Part shown: one piece after another, positions 9,683 through 19,993 of the stretch
Layout of the letters: every line of letters starts with the position of its first letter
How positions within the stretch are numbered: the stretch's first letter is position 1
NCBI GenBank assembly: GCA_002269645.1
Contig: NIVC01000172.1
Span: forward strand, 396,558-460,557
DNA: 64,000 nucleotides
DNA from: Macrostomum lignano
Taxonomy: Eukaryota
Direction of reading: 5' to 3'
Notes under the pieces: model-generated
Database searches by the model: none
Told to the model about the DNA's origin: nothing
What the model saw: only the letters and a program-made list of their open reading frames with translations
Made by a program: the position numbers and the translations under genes

Positions 9683-10984
9683 ATGACCACACCTGTCCGA
9701 GATTTACGTTCCGGACCAGTTTTTCAAAGCTCAAATATTAACAGACCCCCTGAACAAAATTTAGAAACTTCTGACCGCCAAATAGGTGAACAGCTCCCAC
9801 GAAATAGTTCACCAGTACCTAACCTGTTTATACCAGATAACGTTGAGTTTAATAACCCTCTCGCGGATCATTTTGAACACAACCGTGCACACTCACCAGC
9901 ACCCAGTTCCATCCTAACAGACGCGGACGAAACAGTTCAACCGGCCCCAAACGATATTGCTGAAGAACCTACTCTAGATATGGCTGATCAGGACGGCGCT
10001 CCCCATGTTGATGCTGCAGCGACAAATGCTGTCCGTGAACTTACTGACGTTATGAACCGCAGTCTGCAATTGCAATCAAACCATCCCGTCTCAGCTACTG
10101 CTCTTGCTGAAATTCGTCAATCCCTGAAAGGAATCGACCAAATGCATGACTTCCGCTCCTTCACTGAAGAGTTCGACTTGATCACACGCTCCTTTGGACT
10201 ATCGGAGAACGCAAAGATTCGGCTCTTCCCGCGACTACTGAATGACCTTCTTAAACTCGAATACAGTCGCCTCTCTGCCGCAGTCCAAGCCTCTTATCCA
10301 GCCACCATTGAGGCACTATCTCAACGCCTTCGGGAAGTAACCATTGGCTCGGCTCTAACGCTGCATAATGCAACAACCCGGAAACAACAGTACGGCGAAC
10401 CGTTCCTGTCTTATTTCACCGACATTCGTCGAAAGCTCAGGTCAGCTATGCCGGAAATACCGGAAGAATTTCCGGAAGGTGCCGGTCCGGAAACACCACC
10501 CGCGAACCAAGCTGTCATCGACCAGCGCAACCGAGACTTCCTTGCTACCCTGATGGCTACGACTATCAACAATGCTCTGCCCTACATCAAACGAGAACTC
10601 TTGAAGCAAAATATCACCACGGAAAGTACGCTAATCAACAAGGCCATCCGCGCCGAACAAATCCGCGACTCCACCATGGACTCTGATGGCACTGACTTGA
10701 AAGCTCTCACAGAGCGTCTAACTACCTTAGAAAAAACGACGAAGGAAGCCAATCAGCAGGTGGTTGCCTCCCTGCAAACACAAACCAAGCCACCTATCGC
10801 TAATATGCAACAGAAGCCCACTTGTTATCATTGCGGTCGACCTGGACACTATGCCGCCGACTGTCGTCGAAGGAATGACCAACAACCTCGTCCCTTCCGA
10901 CCTAACTCAAGCGATCGAAGGAACACAGCTCAATACGGCTCTGATGCCCCGCGGATCGTTACCAGCAGGAACCGCCACGATTGA
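9683..10984 (+). CDS. gag: Gag (capsid and first CCHC zinc knuckle)
   Basis: Capsid-like helical region, MHR-like QQYGEPFLSY, knuckle CYHCGRPGHYAADC. First ATG in frame is at 9683. Confidence 0.9.
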   Translation: MTTPVRDLRSGPVFQSSNINRPPEQNLETSDRQIGEQLPRNSSPVPNLFIPDNVEFNNPLADHFEHNRAHSPAPSSILTDADETVQPAPNDIAEEPTLDMADQDGAPHVDAAATNAVRELTDVMNRSLQLQSNHPVSATALAEIRQSLKGIDQMHDFRSFTEEFDLITRSFGLSENAKIRLFPRLLNDLLKLEYSRLSAAVQASYPATIEALSQRLREVTIGSALTLHNATTRKQQYGEPFLSYFTDIRRKLRSAMPEIPEEFPEGAGPETPPANQAVIDQRNRDFLATLMATTINNALPYIKRELLKQNITTESTLINKAIRAEQIRDSTMDSDGTDLKALTERLTTLEKTTKEANQQVVASLQTQTKPPIANMQQKPTCYHCGRPGHYAADCRRRNDQQPRPFRPNSSDRRNTAQYGSDAPRIVTSRNRHD

Positions 10985-12063
10985 CCTGTAACTATTGCCG
11001 AAAACCAGGACACTCTATTAACCAGTGCCGACTACGAGCCCAACGTACACAAGGCTACGGTCCACCGGCGACACAACAATCACGATTTCCACCCCGTCAA
11101 GACTATGGAAACCGGCCTCAGCAACGCTATCCGCCTCGATACAACGGCGCCAACAATCAACGACAACCTCCGAGATTTGCGCAACAACAATATCCACCGA
11201 TACGCGCCATCACTGCTCAGGACCCTGAAACGTCCCACCTAGGATGGAATCAACAGCCGCAGATTGGATGGACGACTCACGACGCTCCCGAGTCTGCCCA
11301 ACTGATGCACATTGCTACAGTTGATGAACGCCCACCGACTTTTGGAAACGAAATTCGCTACTCTGGAGACGCTAAGCAGCTGAAATCCTTACTCAAAAAA
11401 CCGACTACTGCTTCTGCGACTATCAACTCTATCCGCCTTTGTACGGTTGAAAGAATGACTGACACCTACACTCCACCGACCAGCAACAACAACCGCGAGA
11501 AAACCGTGAAAGCTTCCGTCGGAATTCGCCGATCACTACTGACACTTTTTCTCCTGTGCCTAGCAACTTCACTCTTCGCACTAGCCAACGCTACGCCGGT
11601 AACGACGTCAACTCCACCATCGATTGAGAGACAATCTCACGAGGGCTTCATTGACACACCAATGGTCTGTCCGTACAACCAGATCCCACGAATTTTCACG
11701 ATACCACATGAGATCCGTTGTGAACAGCTCAAACACCAAACAACGCCGACACTCCCGTTGAAACTGGAACTTTACACAACAAACGTGGAAACCAGTTCCC
11801 TGGTTATGACTGTCTGTTTCCGCGAGAAAATCACTATTAGATGTGATAAGGCGGTGATAAGAACCTGGACATCCGCCCTGGTAGAGTTGGAACCGCAACC
11901 AGTCACTCAAGCTGATTGTGAAAACTGGGCACGAACAAAGCTATCTCCTGATGGATCATTAGTGTTAAAGACTGCGTCAACTCAGTCTATCCAACGCCTG
12001 CAATCGACATTCAACACGCAAAATGCTGTGCGTTGCACTCCGGTTCCCATTCAGAACAAATAG
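10945..12063 (+). CDS. Gag C-terminus (second CCHC knuckle), internal signal peptide, Env ectodomain N-part
   Basis: CNYCRKPGHSINQC, then RRSLLTLFLLCLATSLFALANA (11527-11592), then a Cys-rich region. In the -1 frame relative to gag. Confidence 0.8.
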   Translation, partial: CPADRYQQEPPRLTCNYCRKPGHSINQCRLRAQRTQGYGPPATQQSRFPPRQDYGNRPQQRYPPRYNGANNQRQPPRFAQQQYPPIRAITAQDPETSHLGWNQQPQIGWTTHDAPESAQLMHIATVDERPPTFGNEIRYSGDAKQLKSLLKKPTTASATINSIRLCTVERMTDTYTPPTSNNNREKTVKASVGIRRSLLTLFLLCLATSLFALANATPVTTSTPPSIERQSHEGFIDTPMVCPYNQIPRIFTIPHEIRCEQLKHQTTPTLPLKLELYTTNVETSSLVMTVCFREKITIRCDKAVIRTWTSALVELEPQPVTQADCENWARTKLSPDGSLVLKTASTQSIQRLQSTFNTQNAVRCTPVPIQNK

Positions 12064-15000
12064 TAACAACAGTGATCACCGGAATCCCAGCCTACTCAAC
12101 AGCAGATCAAAAAATGGAATCTTTGTCCTTCCCAATGGACAACTGCAAACTCACCGACAAATTTTGTACAATTAAAACAACTGCACAAGAAATGCGAGCT
12201 TTCAACCTACCTTTGCCAATACTAACATCCCCCTGGGATCCTTTGGAAACTGAAGCAATCTACCAAATTGACGTGAAAGGACCAAGACATCTAAATCTTA
12301 TTTGGACACCTCCACCACTCGCTGATTGTCCTTTAAAACCATTTCGTACTCTTGAAGGCAACTTAAACTCAGGCTTGTTCTTAACTAATGATCAAACATT
12401 GGGACTAACCTTCAACCCAGTGCCGTCGACTCACACTCTCACCTGCACTGGCGTCCGTAAGACGTTGTACCTTTCAACGCAAGGTCTATACGTAGACATC
12501 CTCGACAACAAAGAAGCAGAATTTCTCGCCACCTTACGAAGCCCATTAGAAGAAGCTACTCCAAAACCTCAAACTAGCGAAGAAACCACTTCTTCGAGAC
12601 AAAAACGTCGTTCACCACCAGCGATACTACCAACGCCACCAACAATATTACCCGTTCAGCAATCGACGACTCAACATCCTTTCACTACGACAACTCAGTC
12701 ACGACAATTCCTACCGCCGCAACCTTTACGACAAGAGCGACCTGATCATCCACCGACGTCAAGCACTTCTACAACAATGGCGCCAACAACTACGATACTA
12801 ACTACTACAAAATCAACACCAACAACTACAATTTTGACAACGACAACACCACCGACTACAACGACAACACCACCGACTACAACGACAACACCACCGACTA
12901 CAACGACAACACCACCGACTACAACGACAACACCACCGACTACAACGACAACACCACCGACTACAATGACAACACCACCAGCTACGACGACAATGCCACC
13001 GACTACAACGACAACAATACCTACCACAACCGTAACACCGACAACTTCAACAACCACCACTGCTACAACCTCAGCAGCAACAACGACAGCAGATTCAACT
13101 ACGATGACTACAAAAGTGACGACACAACCTCGTACCACCACCACTTTACCGCCAACAACCTCAACCTCTAGCAGCACAACCAGTGCACCAGCAAAGTCTG
13201 CAACCTCAACCTTCACGACAAACTCACCAGCGACAACAACAGATCCACAACTGGCTTCTATTCATACGAATCTAGCAGTTCCATATCACGAACCACAAGG
13301 TGGTCAACCGGATCTCCTACTACTACCACGCAACAAGCGAAGCACAGATGACAAAACCATCGCAGCCCCTTCAGGCAACTCTACTGCGCAACTTTCATCA
13401 ACGTTCGCATCCGCTGAACTTCTTGCTGGACAACTACAAGGAGCTGCTAGTAAAGCTCGAAAAGATCTTCTCCAAGTACAGAGGCAGCTGGCAACTACTC
13501 AATGCCTGATGTACGCAACTAATCTCAAGTACAATCGACAGTTATACTACACACAACCAACGCTCGCTGCTCGACTCTTATTAAATGATCCTTTCTTGCG
13601 AGCTAGATCCATTGCTGGATACCTCTTCGTCTACCAGTGCAAACCCCTACATCAGTTTCGCTTTGTCCAACCAAAGTACAAGACGAACCAATGCTTCACG
13701 CGCCCCCCACTGGAATTCCGCCTACAAAATTATACCGTTCTTGGATTTTTGGATACAACGACTCGTATTGTCTCCACAGCTACTCCAGCTCTAATCTCAT
13801 GCGACGCCTTCCCACACTACTACCTGCCTAAACAATCGATGCTATTCAAGACCACACTAAATTTTTCGAGGTTTGAACCTACAACCGCTAATGTCAGATC
13901 CGATGAAAACTATCGATTGTCCGATTTGCAAACTTCCGTCTCCGAGAGCATCTTCAAACCTATGGGAGATATCAATTATACTTCACTTCGTAGCCCAATA
14001 ACGGTGACCGACCTAATGCACCAGTTCATGCAAACTCGCGATTTTCTGATTACAGTTTTCAAACTTCCGAATCGAACACGACACAGGACAGCCCATGCTG
14101 ACAGTGCATTCCTGGACTCAAAACTAGCTCTCTTCAATCTATGGTCTTCGTCGATATTTAACTGGGATCGACTAGTCGCAAACTATCAAGAAAAGTTCGT
14201 CTTAACAGCAGCTGTAATCGTCTACATTGCCGTTATTATCTTCGTGTGCAATCTTGGCCGACTCTGCGTCGCCAGCACCATCCGTTACGGCAGAACGCAC
14301 ACTATACAAGTGCTGCGGCAACAACGAACTCCAACTCAAGTGGAATCACGAAACGACTACTCCCAACAACAGCAACTGATACCACCAAGACGAGCGCCAA
14401 CACCTTCGGCACCCATCGAAACGATTGAACTTCGTGCCACCCTTCCGCCACCACGGAGACCACCACCAGAACCGAAAGTTCCAAAATGGCCAGCAAACTA
14501 CTCATACGCCTTTGTTTTGAAGCACCTAACAACAGCAACAATGATCAACCTGTGGTGCCGCAACGCACCGCATACTCGACACAGATGCACCGCCCTCATT
14601 GACAGCGGCGCCTCGATCTCCTGCATCTCACCGGCATTCGCCAAAAAGCTTCGAGTACCATTACAAGACACCAACATGAACGCCATTTGTGCAGGAGGAC
14701 AACAACTAAACCTCAACAAAAAGGCTACTTTTGATCTCGAAATCGATGGACGCAACCACAAGATATCGGCCTTTGTGCTCGACACCCCCGACGCTGACTA
14801 TGATTTGCTCTTAGGAGTAGAAACCTTTAAGTCACTGGGAATACCACTACAATTCGACTACTCGAAAGCGACAGCTAAGCTTGGCAATGAGCAATTTGCG
14901 ATGCTCAACTCCATCCAACAGTTGCAAGAAACCTCTGCGGTGATGCAAAACAAGCTAGAGTTACCACCACAGACAACGCACCAAGTCACGCTGAAACTCT

Positions 15001-16493
15001 CTTCTCGACATGAGCCAACGATTCCTGTCCTGTTCGTCCCTAAGGACCACACGATCCAGAAACACCAGTTGATGATACCAACTTGCCTTGTTTCTGTCAA
15101 CCCGGACGGACAAACTATCACTGTGGAAATTGCCAACCCGTCGCTGACAACGCAAACCTTGCATCCTCAACAAGTCATTGGAAATCTGGCTAACATGTCT
15201 GACTACAACATCGTGCGCCCAGCAGCTCAAATCAACAGTCTCCGCACGCTGCAACAAGAAGCACCTACGACTGACATGATCCGTACTCAACTCAAACAAG
15301 CCAACCAGCACCTCTCAACCGAGCAGAGTGAACAATTAGTTACTCTAATGAACAAGTACCGTGACGTCTTGGCACTACTGCCAACCGACATGGGTTGCTC
15401 TACCCAATACACGGCTCACCTGCATCTACACCCACACTCTGAGCCAGTCACGTCCAGACCCTATCCAATCGCTCATGGACTACAAGAACGGTTTGATGAG
15501 CTCATCGAAAACTTCCGTCAAAAAGGAATCATCAGTCCGAGTGAATCGGAATACTCAAGTCCATGTCTTCTCGTGGAAAAGAAGACGCTCGACGCTCAAG
15601 GTCGCCGACAACTAAGACTCGTGACGGATTACCGAAAACTGAACAAGCTAATTCGTGCTCCTAGCATCCGACCTCCGAAGATTCCGGATTTGCTACATCG
15701 ATTGAAGAACGCTAAACTGTACACACTCTGTGACCTAGCAGATGCTTTCTACCAAGTTCGGATTGATCCAGAAAGCACAAAATACACTGCGTTCATTGCA
15801 CCCAACGGCCTACTTTGGGAATTCAATCGACTACCTCAAGGACTCAAGTCCAGTCCTAGCTTAATGTGCCGTCTTGTAGCATTGTTAACAGCTGACTCTC
15901 CAAATCAGATTGCCTACTTGGACGACGTCATGCTTATCGCCGAAGACTTCACCGGCATGCTCAAAGAAGTTGAACGCTTCTTCCAAAAGTTACGACATCA
16001 TGGATTGCGAATTTCACTACGAAAATGCATCTTTGCTAAAACAGAGGTACAATATCTTGGATTTGTTGTTTCTGCTCAAGGCATTAGACCAGCCCCCAGC
16101 CTTATCGAGAAAATCAAAACCTTTCCTGTGCCTCACACGGTTAAACAACTACAATCTTTTCTTGGACTTGCAAATTTCTACCGAACGCACATTGCTGGCT
16201 ACTCACGAGTAGTACAGCCACTTCTGAGTATTATCAAAAATACTTCAAAACCCAACAAATTCGTCTGGACGAACGCTGCGCAAACAGCCTTTGAAAAGCT
16301 GAAACAACTTCTCTCTACGGATATACTACTGGTTCATCCAAATCCGCGAAAACCGTACTTCCTGCACACTGATGCCTCGGATACCGCCATTGGAGCAGTA
16401 CTATCACAGCTAGACGACAGCAACCACCAACGCCCGGTTGCCTACATTTCTAAGACGTTAAGCTCAACTGAACAACGCTACCCCACCGATTGA
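12033..16493 (+). CDS. Env ectodomain, mucin-like insert, TM, protease, RT and RNase H in one open frame
   Basis: One 1486-codon ORF: RQKRR (12597), RNKR (13329), TM 14196-14249, DSG 14601, YLDD 15915. Confidence 0.92.
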   Translation: MHSGSHSEQIVTTVITGIPAYSTADQKMESLSFPMDNCKLTDKFCTIKTTAQEMRAFNLPLPILTSPWDPLETEAIYQIDVKGPRHLNLIWTPPPLADCPLKPFRTLEGNLNSGLFLTNDQTLGLTFNPVPSTHTLTCTGVRKTLYLSTQGLYVDILDNKEAEFLATLRSPLEEATPKPQTSEETTSSRQKRRSPPAILPTPPTILPVQQSTTQHPFTTTTQSRQFLPPQPLRQERPDHPPTSSTSTTMAPTTTILTTTKSTPTTTILTTTTPPTTTTTPPTTTTTPPTTTTTPPTTTTTPPTTTTTPPTTMTTPPATTTMPPTTTTTIPTTTVTPTTSTTTTATTSAATTTADSTTMTTKVTTQPRTTTTLPPTTSTSSSTTSAPAKSATSTFTTNSPATTTDPQLASIHTNLAVPYHEPQGGQPDLLLLPRNKRSTDDKTIAAPSGNSTAQLSSTFASAELLAGQLQGAASKARKDLLQVQRQLATTQCLMYATNLKYNRQLYYTQPTLAARLLLNDPFLRARSIAGYLFVYQCKPLHQFRFVQPKYKTNQCFTRPPLEFRLQNYTVLGFLDTTTRIVSTATPALISCDAFPHYYLPKQSMLFKTTLNFSRFEPTTANVRSDENYRLSDLQTSVSESIFKPMGDINYTSLRSPITVTDLMHQFMQTRDFLITVFKLPNRTRHRTAHADSAFLDSKLALFNLWSSSIFNWDRLVANYQEKFVLTAAVIVYIAVIIFVCNLGRLCVASTIRYGRTHTIQVLRQQRTPTQVESRNDYSQQQQLIPPRRAPTPSAPIETIELRATLPPPRRPPPEPKVPKWPANYSYAFVLKHLTTATMINLWCRNAPHTRHRCTALIDSGASISCISPAFAKKLRVPLQDTNMNAICAGGQQLNLNKKATFDLEIDGRNHKISAFVLDTPDADYDLLLGVETFKSLGIPLQFDYSKATAKLGNEQFAMLNSIQQLQETSAVMQNKLELPPQTTHQVTLKLSSRHEPTIPVLFVPKDHTIQKHQLMIPTCLVSVNPDGQTITVEIANPSLTTQTLHPQQVIGNLANMSDYNIVRPAAQINSLRTLQQEAPTTDMIRTQLKQANQHLSTEQSEQLVTLMNKYRDVLALLPTDMGCSTQYTAHLHLHPHSEPVTSRPYPIAHGLQERFDELIENFRQKGIISPSESEYSSPCLLVEKKTLDAQGRRQLRLVTDYRKLNKLIRAPSIRPPKIPDLLHRLKNAKLYTLCDLADAFYQVRIDPESTKYTAFIAPNGLLWEFNRLPQGLKSSPSLMCRLVALLTADSPNQIAYLDDVMLIAEDFTGMLKEVERFFQKLRHHGLRISLRKCIFAKTEVQYLGFVVSAQGIRPAPSLIEKIKTFPVPHTVKQLQSFLGLANFYRTHIAGYSRVVQPLLSIIKNTSKPNKFVWTNAAQTAFEKLKQLLSTDILLVHPNPRKPYFLHTDASDTAIGAVLSQLDDSNHQRPVAYISKTLSSTEQRYPTD
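12840..13030 (+). repeat. 21-bp coding tandem repeat (PPTTTTT)n
   Basis: acaccaccgactacaacgaca x~6, plus degenerate units. Confidence 0.9.
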
Positions 16494-18201
16494 ACGCGAA
16501 GCATACGCCATCTATTGGGCAATAAAGAAGCTACACGTGTTCCTCTACGCTTCTTACCAACAGTTCCACGTCTTCACTGATCACCAGCCACTCAAGAGTC
16601 TATTCAGTGACAAGCAGCCAATTTCAAAACGACTTCAGAAGTGGATTCTAGCGCTACAAGATTACAACTTCACTCTCAACTATGTGAAAGGCAAATCAAA
16701 CGTAGTAGCGGACTGCCTTTCACGCATCCCCAAAGTCTGTCAGATACAATCGCTGTCAACATTCAACGGACTGCAGGATGCCATTGATCAAGACCCATTA
16801 CTGTCAACAATCAAAGCACTTCTATCGAAAAAATCACCCACTCACGAGCTGTCCAAGAAAGACCAACAATATGTTCGCCGACACCTGGCACGTTATTTCC
16901 TGGACGGAAACACTCTATACTTTGAAGATGACGAAGGACGAAGCCGCCTCGTGATACCAACACGCTATCGTGAAGCTCTTTTGACAAGTAACCACTCGAC
17001 AGCCCTTGGTGGTCATCTAGGTCACCAAAAGACAGCAGACAAAATCAGTCATTTCTACTACTGGCCTACACTACGGCAAGACGTCTTCAATTTCATTAAC
17101 AACTGCGAAATCTGCCACAAAGCGAAAACAGCACCTCGACTGCGACCGCTGCACAAAGCCGTCAAATTCAACGAGGTTTTCTCTCATTTGGCTATCGACC
17201 TTGTAGGTCCACTGCCACCAGCTTCACACGGCCGCGACGTCTACAAGTACATACTCACAGCCCAATGCGGCGTTAGCAAATTCCTGTTCACAATCCCGCT
17301 AACTGAGACAACTTCTGCAACTATCTGCAACAACCTCTTCAACCGTGTGTTCGCTTTCGCAGGACTACCAGCACACATCATCTCAGATAACGGACCCCAA
17401 TTCATCTCGCAAGAATTTCGAGAGTTTATGGGTGCCCTTGGAATCCATCTAATCTACACCTCGGTGTACCAACCATCCAGCAACTTCGTCGAACGCGCAC
17501 ACAAGACACTGAAGCAAACCCTTACGGCCTTTGTCCATGACAAACCAGATCTCTGGATTGACTTCCTACCTGCGGTGACACTAGCAATCAATACCGCCGC
17601 ACACTCAACGATGAATGAATTACCATTCTACTTGTTCTTCGCTCGAGACTTCCTGCCACCCAACGCACGGATCATGGAACACCAGACAACTGCATACATG
17701 GACGTTATTAAACCAGTCAATTTGACCTGTTCAGCTATTTTGCTTGCCAGAGAAGTCGCCAAGGAACTTCTGCACAACTCAGCTGAACAGCGCGCTGAAA
17801 ACTCTGACAAGAAGATCAACCGCCGCTACATACGCCCAGGTGCACGATGCTACTTGGATGTCTCAGCAACAAAGGAGACAAAATTCTCCAATCCTTATCG
17901 TGGCCCAATGCGTCTATTAGCATGGCTCTCCGATCAGAACGCACTGATTTCTGACGTCAACCGACCAAGCGAACGACCAATCGTGGTGCATGCCTCCAAG
18001 CTGAAACCATGGCCTGGAGATGGACTCAGCGCTGGACCTAGTCACCTACCTGAGTTCACAACTGATGACATTCAGGTCCACCACAACCATCGGCCGCCAT
18101 TGAGCAAGTCCATCGCGCTGCAAACCACGTCTACTGATGAGCCACCAGTTCAGCCACAGACGCATGGCTACAACCTAAGATCAAAGAACAAGAAGTCGTG
18201 A
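16490..18201 (+). CDS. RNase H C-terminus and integrase (copy 2)
   Basis: Continues Pol after an extra C at ~16484 (ctaccccacc vs ctacccacc in copy 1). HHCC and DDE are intact. Confidence 0.93.
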
Positions 18202-18482
18202 ATGATCAAAAAACCTTCTAAACTTCTTTTCTCCTTTCTTTTCCTTAACTGACAATATTGCTTTCTCTTCCTTTCTTTCTCTTCTTTTTTCTTTCCTTCT
18301 TTTCTAGCTTTTGCTCTCTCTCTGCATTGCGACACTTTACGTGACTATAATGAACTTTTATTTTCCGTTTTATCAACAAAAGCTACAAAAAATTTCTCTC
18401 TTTTCCCTCTTTACATTGCAGAGCTCACACGCTAAAACAATATTTTGTGTATCTATTGCTTTTCTCCTTTTTCCTTTCTCTT

Positions 18483-19438
18483 ATGGATCCATTTCCGCAA
18501 CCAGTGGATATCCGACCACAGTTAAATCATGATCTTATTTGCCTCGCAACCGTTGTTGCTTGGTTCACTGAAGCAATATTTTATTCTGAAACTATTGGTG
18601 AACACCAACGGCTACGCATGGCCTCCGCTTTCTTCTCTCGTTTTTATGTTATCCGCTGCCATCGCTTTTATCCTAAGATGCTCCGCGTTTTACGAAATAG
18701 TCTATTTGGTATGCTGCGTCGTACTCACTCACGACCACGTATACAGAACTTTTCTCCCACTATGAATGATGTTCTCAGCCGCAGCTTCGTACCAATCATA
18801 CATTTTCTTTTCTCTCCTGATATGTCTATCGACGATTTCTTTCAACTCTCTGCTTCTACTCTCCCTCAATCATGCCTGCGCTTTAACCAAGACACTTGGC
18901 CTTTGTTGCTTTCCTCTCTGCGCTACCCATGGCAACAATTCCGCCATGATGCTGCTAATCTTTCGGCGCAAAGTTAACTTCTACGCTCCAAAACTATTTA
19001 ACCTCCTTCGATTCTCTCGCCCCTTATGTTTATCAAATTTTTCCTCCATTTTCTCCTCGTGCTACTAAGAGCGCTATCATACGCACGCTAAATCGTTTGT
19101 ATCCGCACAATTTTTTCTTTACCCACGCTGTTTTCATTCTCTCAACGCGTTCAAGAAACTTTGCTTTTATAATTATCGATTTTTATTCTCGCTCGGTAGT
19201 TGCCCATACTATCTTCCCTTTCTCTTGTCCTCCGCTTCGTCGATATTTATACGATATTCACCGTATACGAAATGCTCTTGTTGGCTACCCTAACACCTTG
19301 CCAGAGTATGCCGCTCTTCATACCTTCTCCATCAAGCGTATTCAGCATTCTCCTCCTTCTGATCTTAATATTAATTTTGCTCGACTGGCATACGCTCTTT
19401 TTTATGACTTGATTCACCATCATCACTCACTATTTTAA
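18483..19438 (+). CDS. ORF-X, copy 2 (1-bp deletion at ~18972)
   Basis: Matches 4196-5152 except gcaaagtt vs gcaaaagtt. Confidence 0.55.
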
Positions 19439-19993
19439 TCCGCTTTTTCTTCAATATTGAGCGCTGAAACACTACAAAAATTGTTCAAAAATACTCAAAA
19501 AAATATTTTCCGTTCTTCTGCCTATTACCCCTCCGCTCTTTTGCGCTCACTTGTGTAAAGCTTATGTTATTTTTCTCTGTTATTCTGTCAACTGCTTTTT
19601 CAAAAGTCATCACGCGCTAGCCTGCTCAACCCTGCTCAACCCTGCTCAACCCTGCTCAACCCTGCCCAACCCTGACCTACACGACTGCTGCTCTGTGCCT
19701 GGTCACTGCCAATTGCTGTCTCTGGCGCTGCTTCAACCAAATTCATGCCACAACCTTGATCTACGCAGCCATCGCCCTACACTATGCCTGGTCTCTGCAA
19801 ATCGCTGTCCCTGGCGCTGCTTTCACCTAAGTCAACCAACTAGCACTAAAGCATACGGCTCAACAACGTTTGTTCCTTCATGACTGCACAGTCTGCTCAT
19901 CTGACAACTTCGGCATCACATCAAGTGGTGGCCCTGAAAAGGGCCGTTTCAACATTCAAAAGACCGGCAGAGCCGACAGAGCAACCAGGGCTC

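Noticed and set aside
12746-13216. Val-rich 156-aa antisense ORF
   Set aside because: It is the mirror of the Thr-rich mucin repeat.
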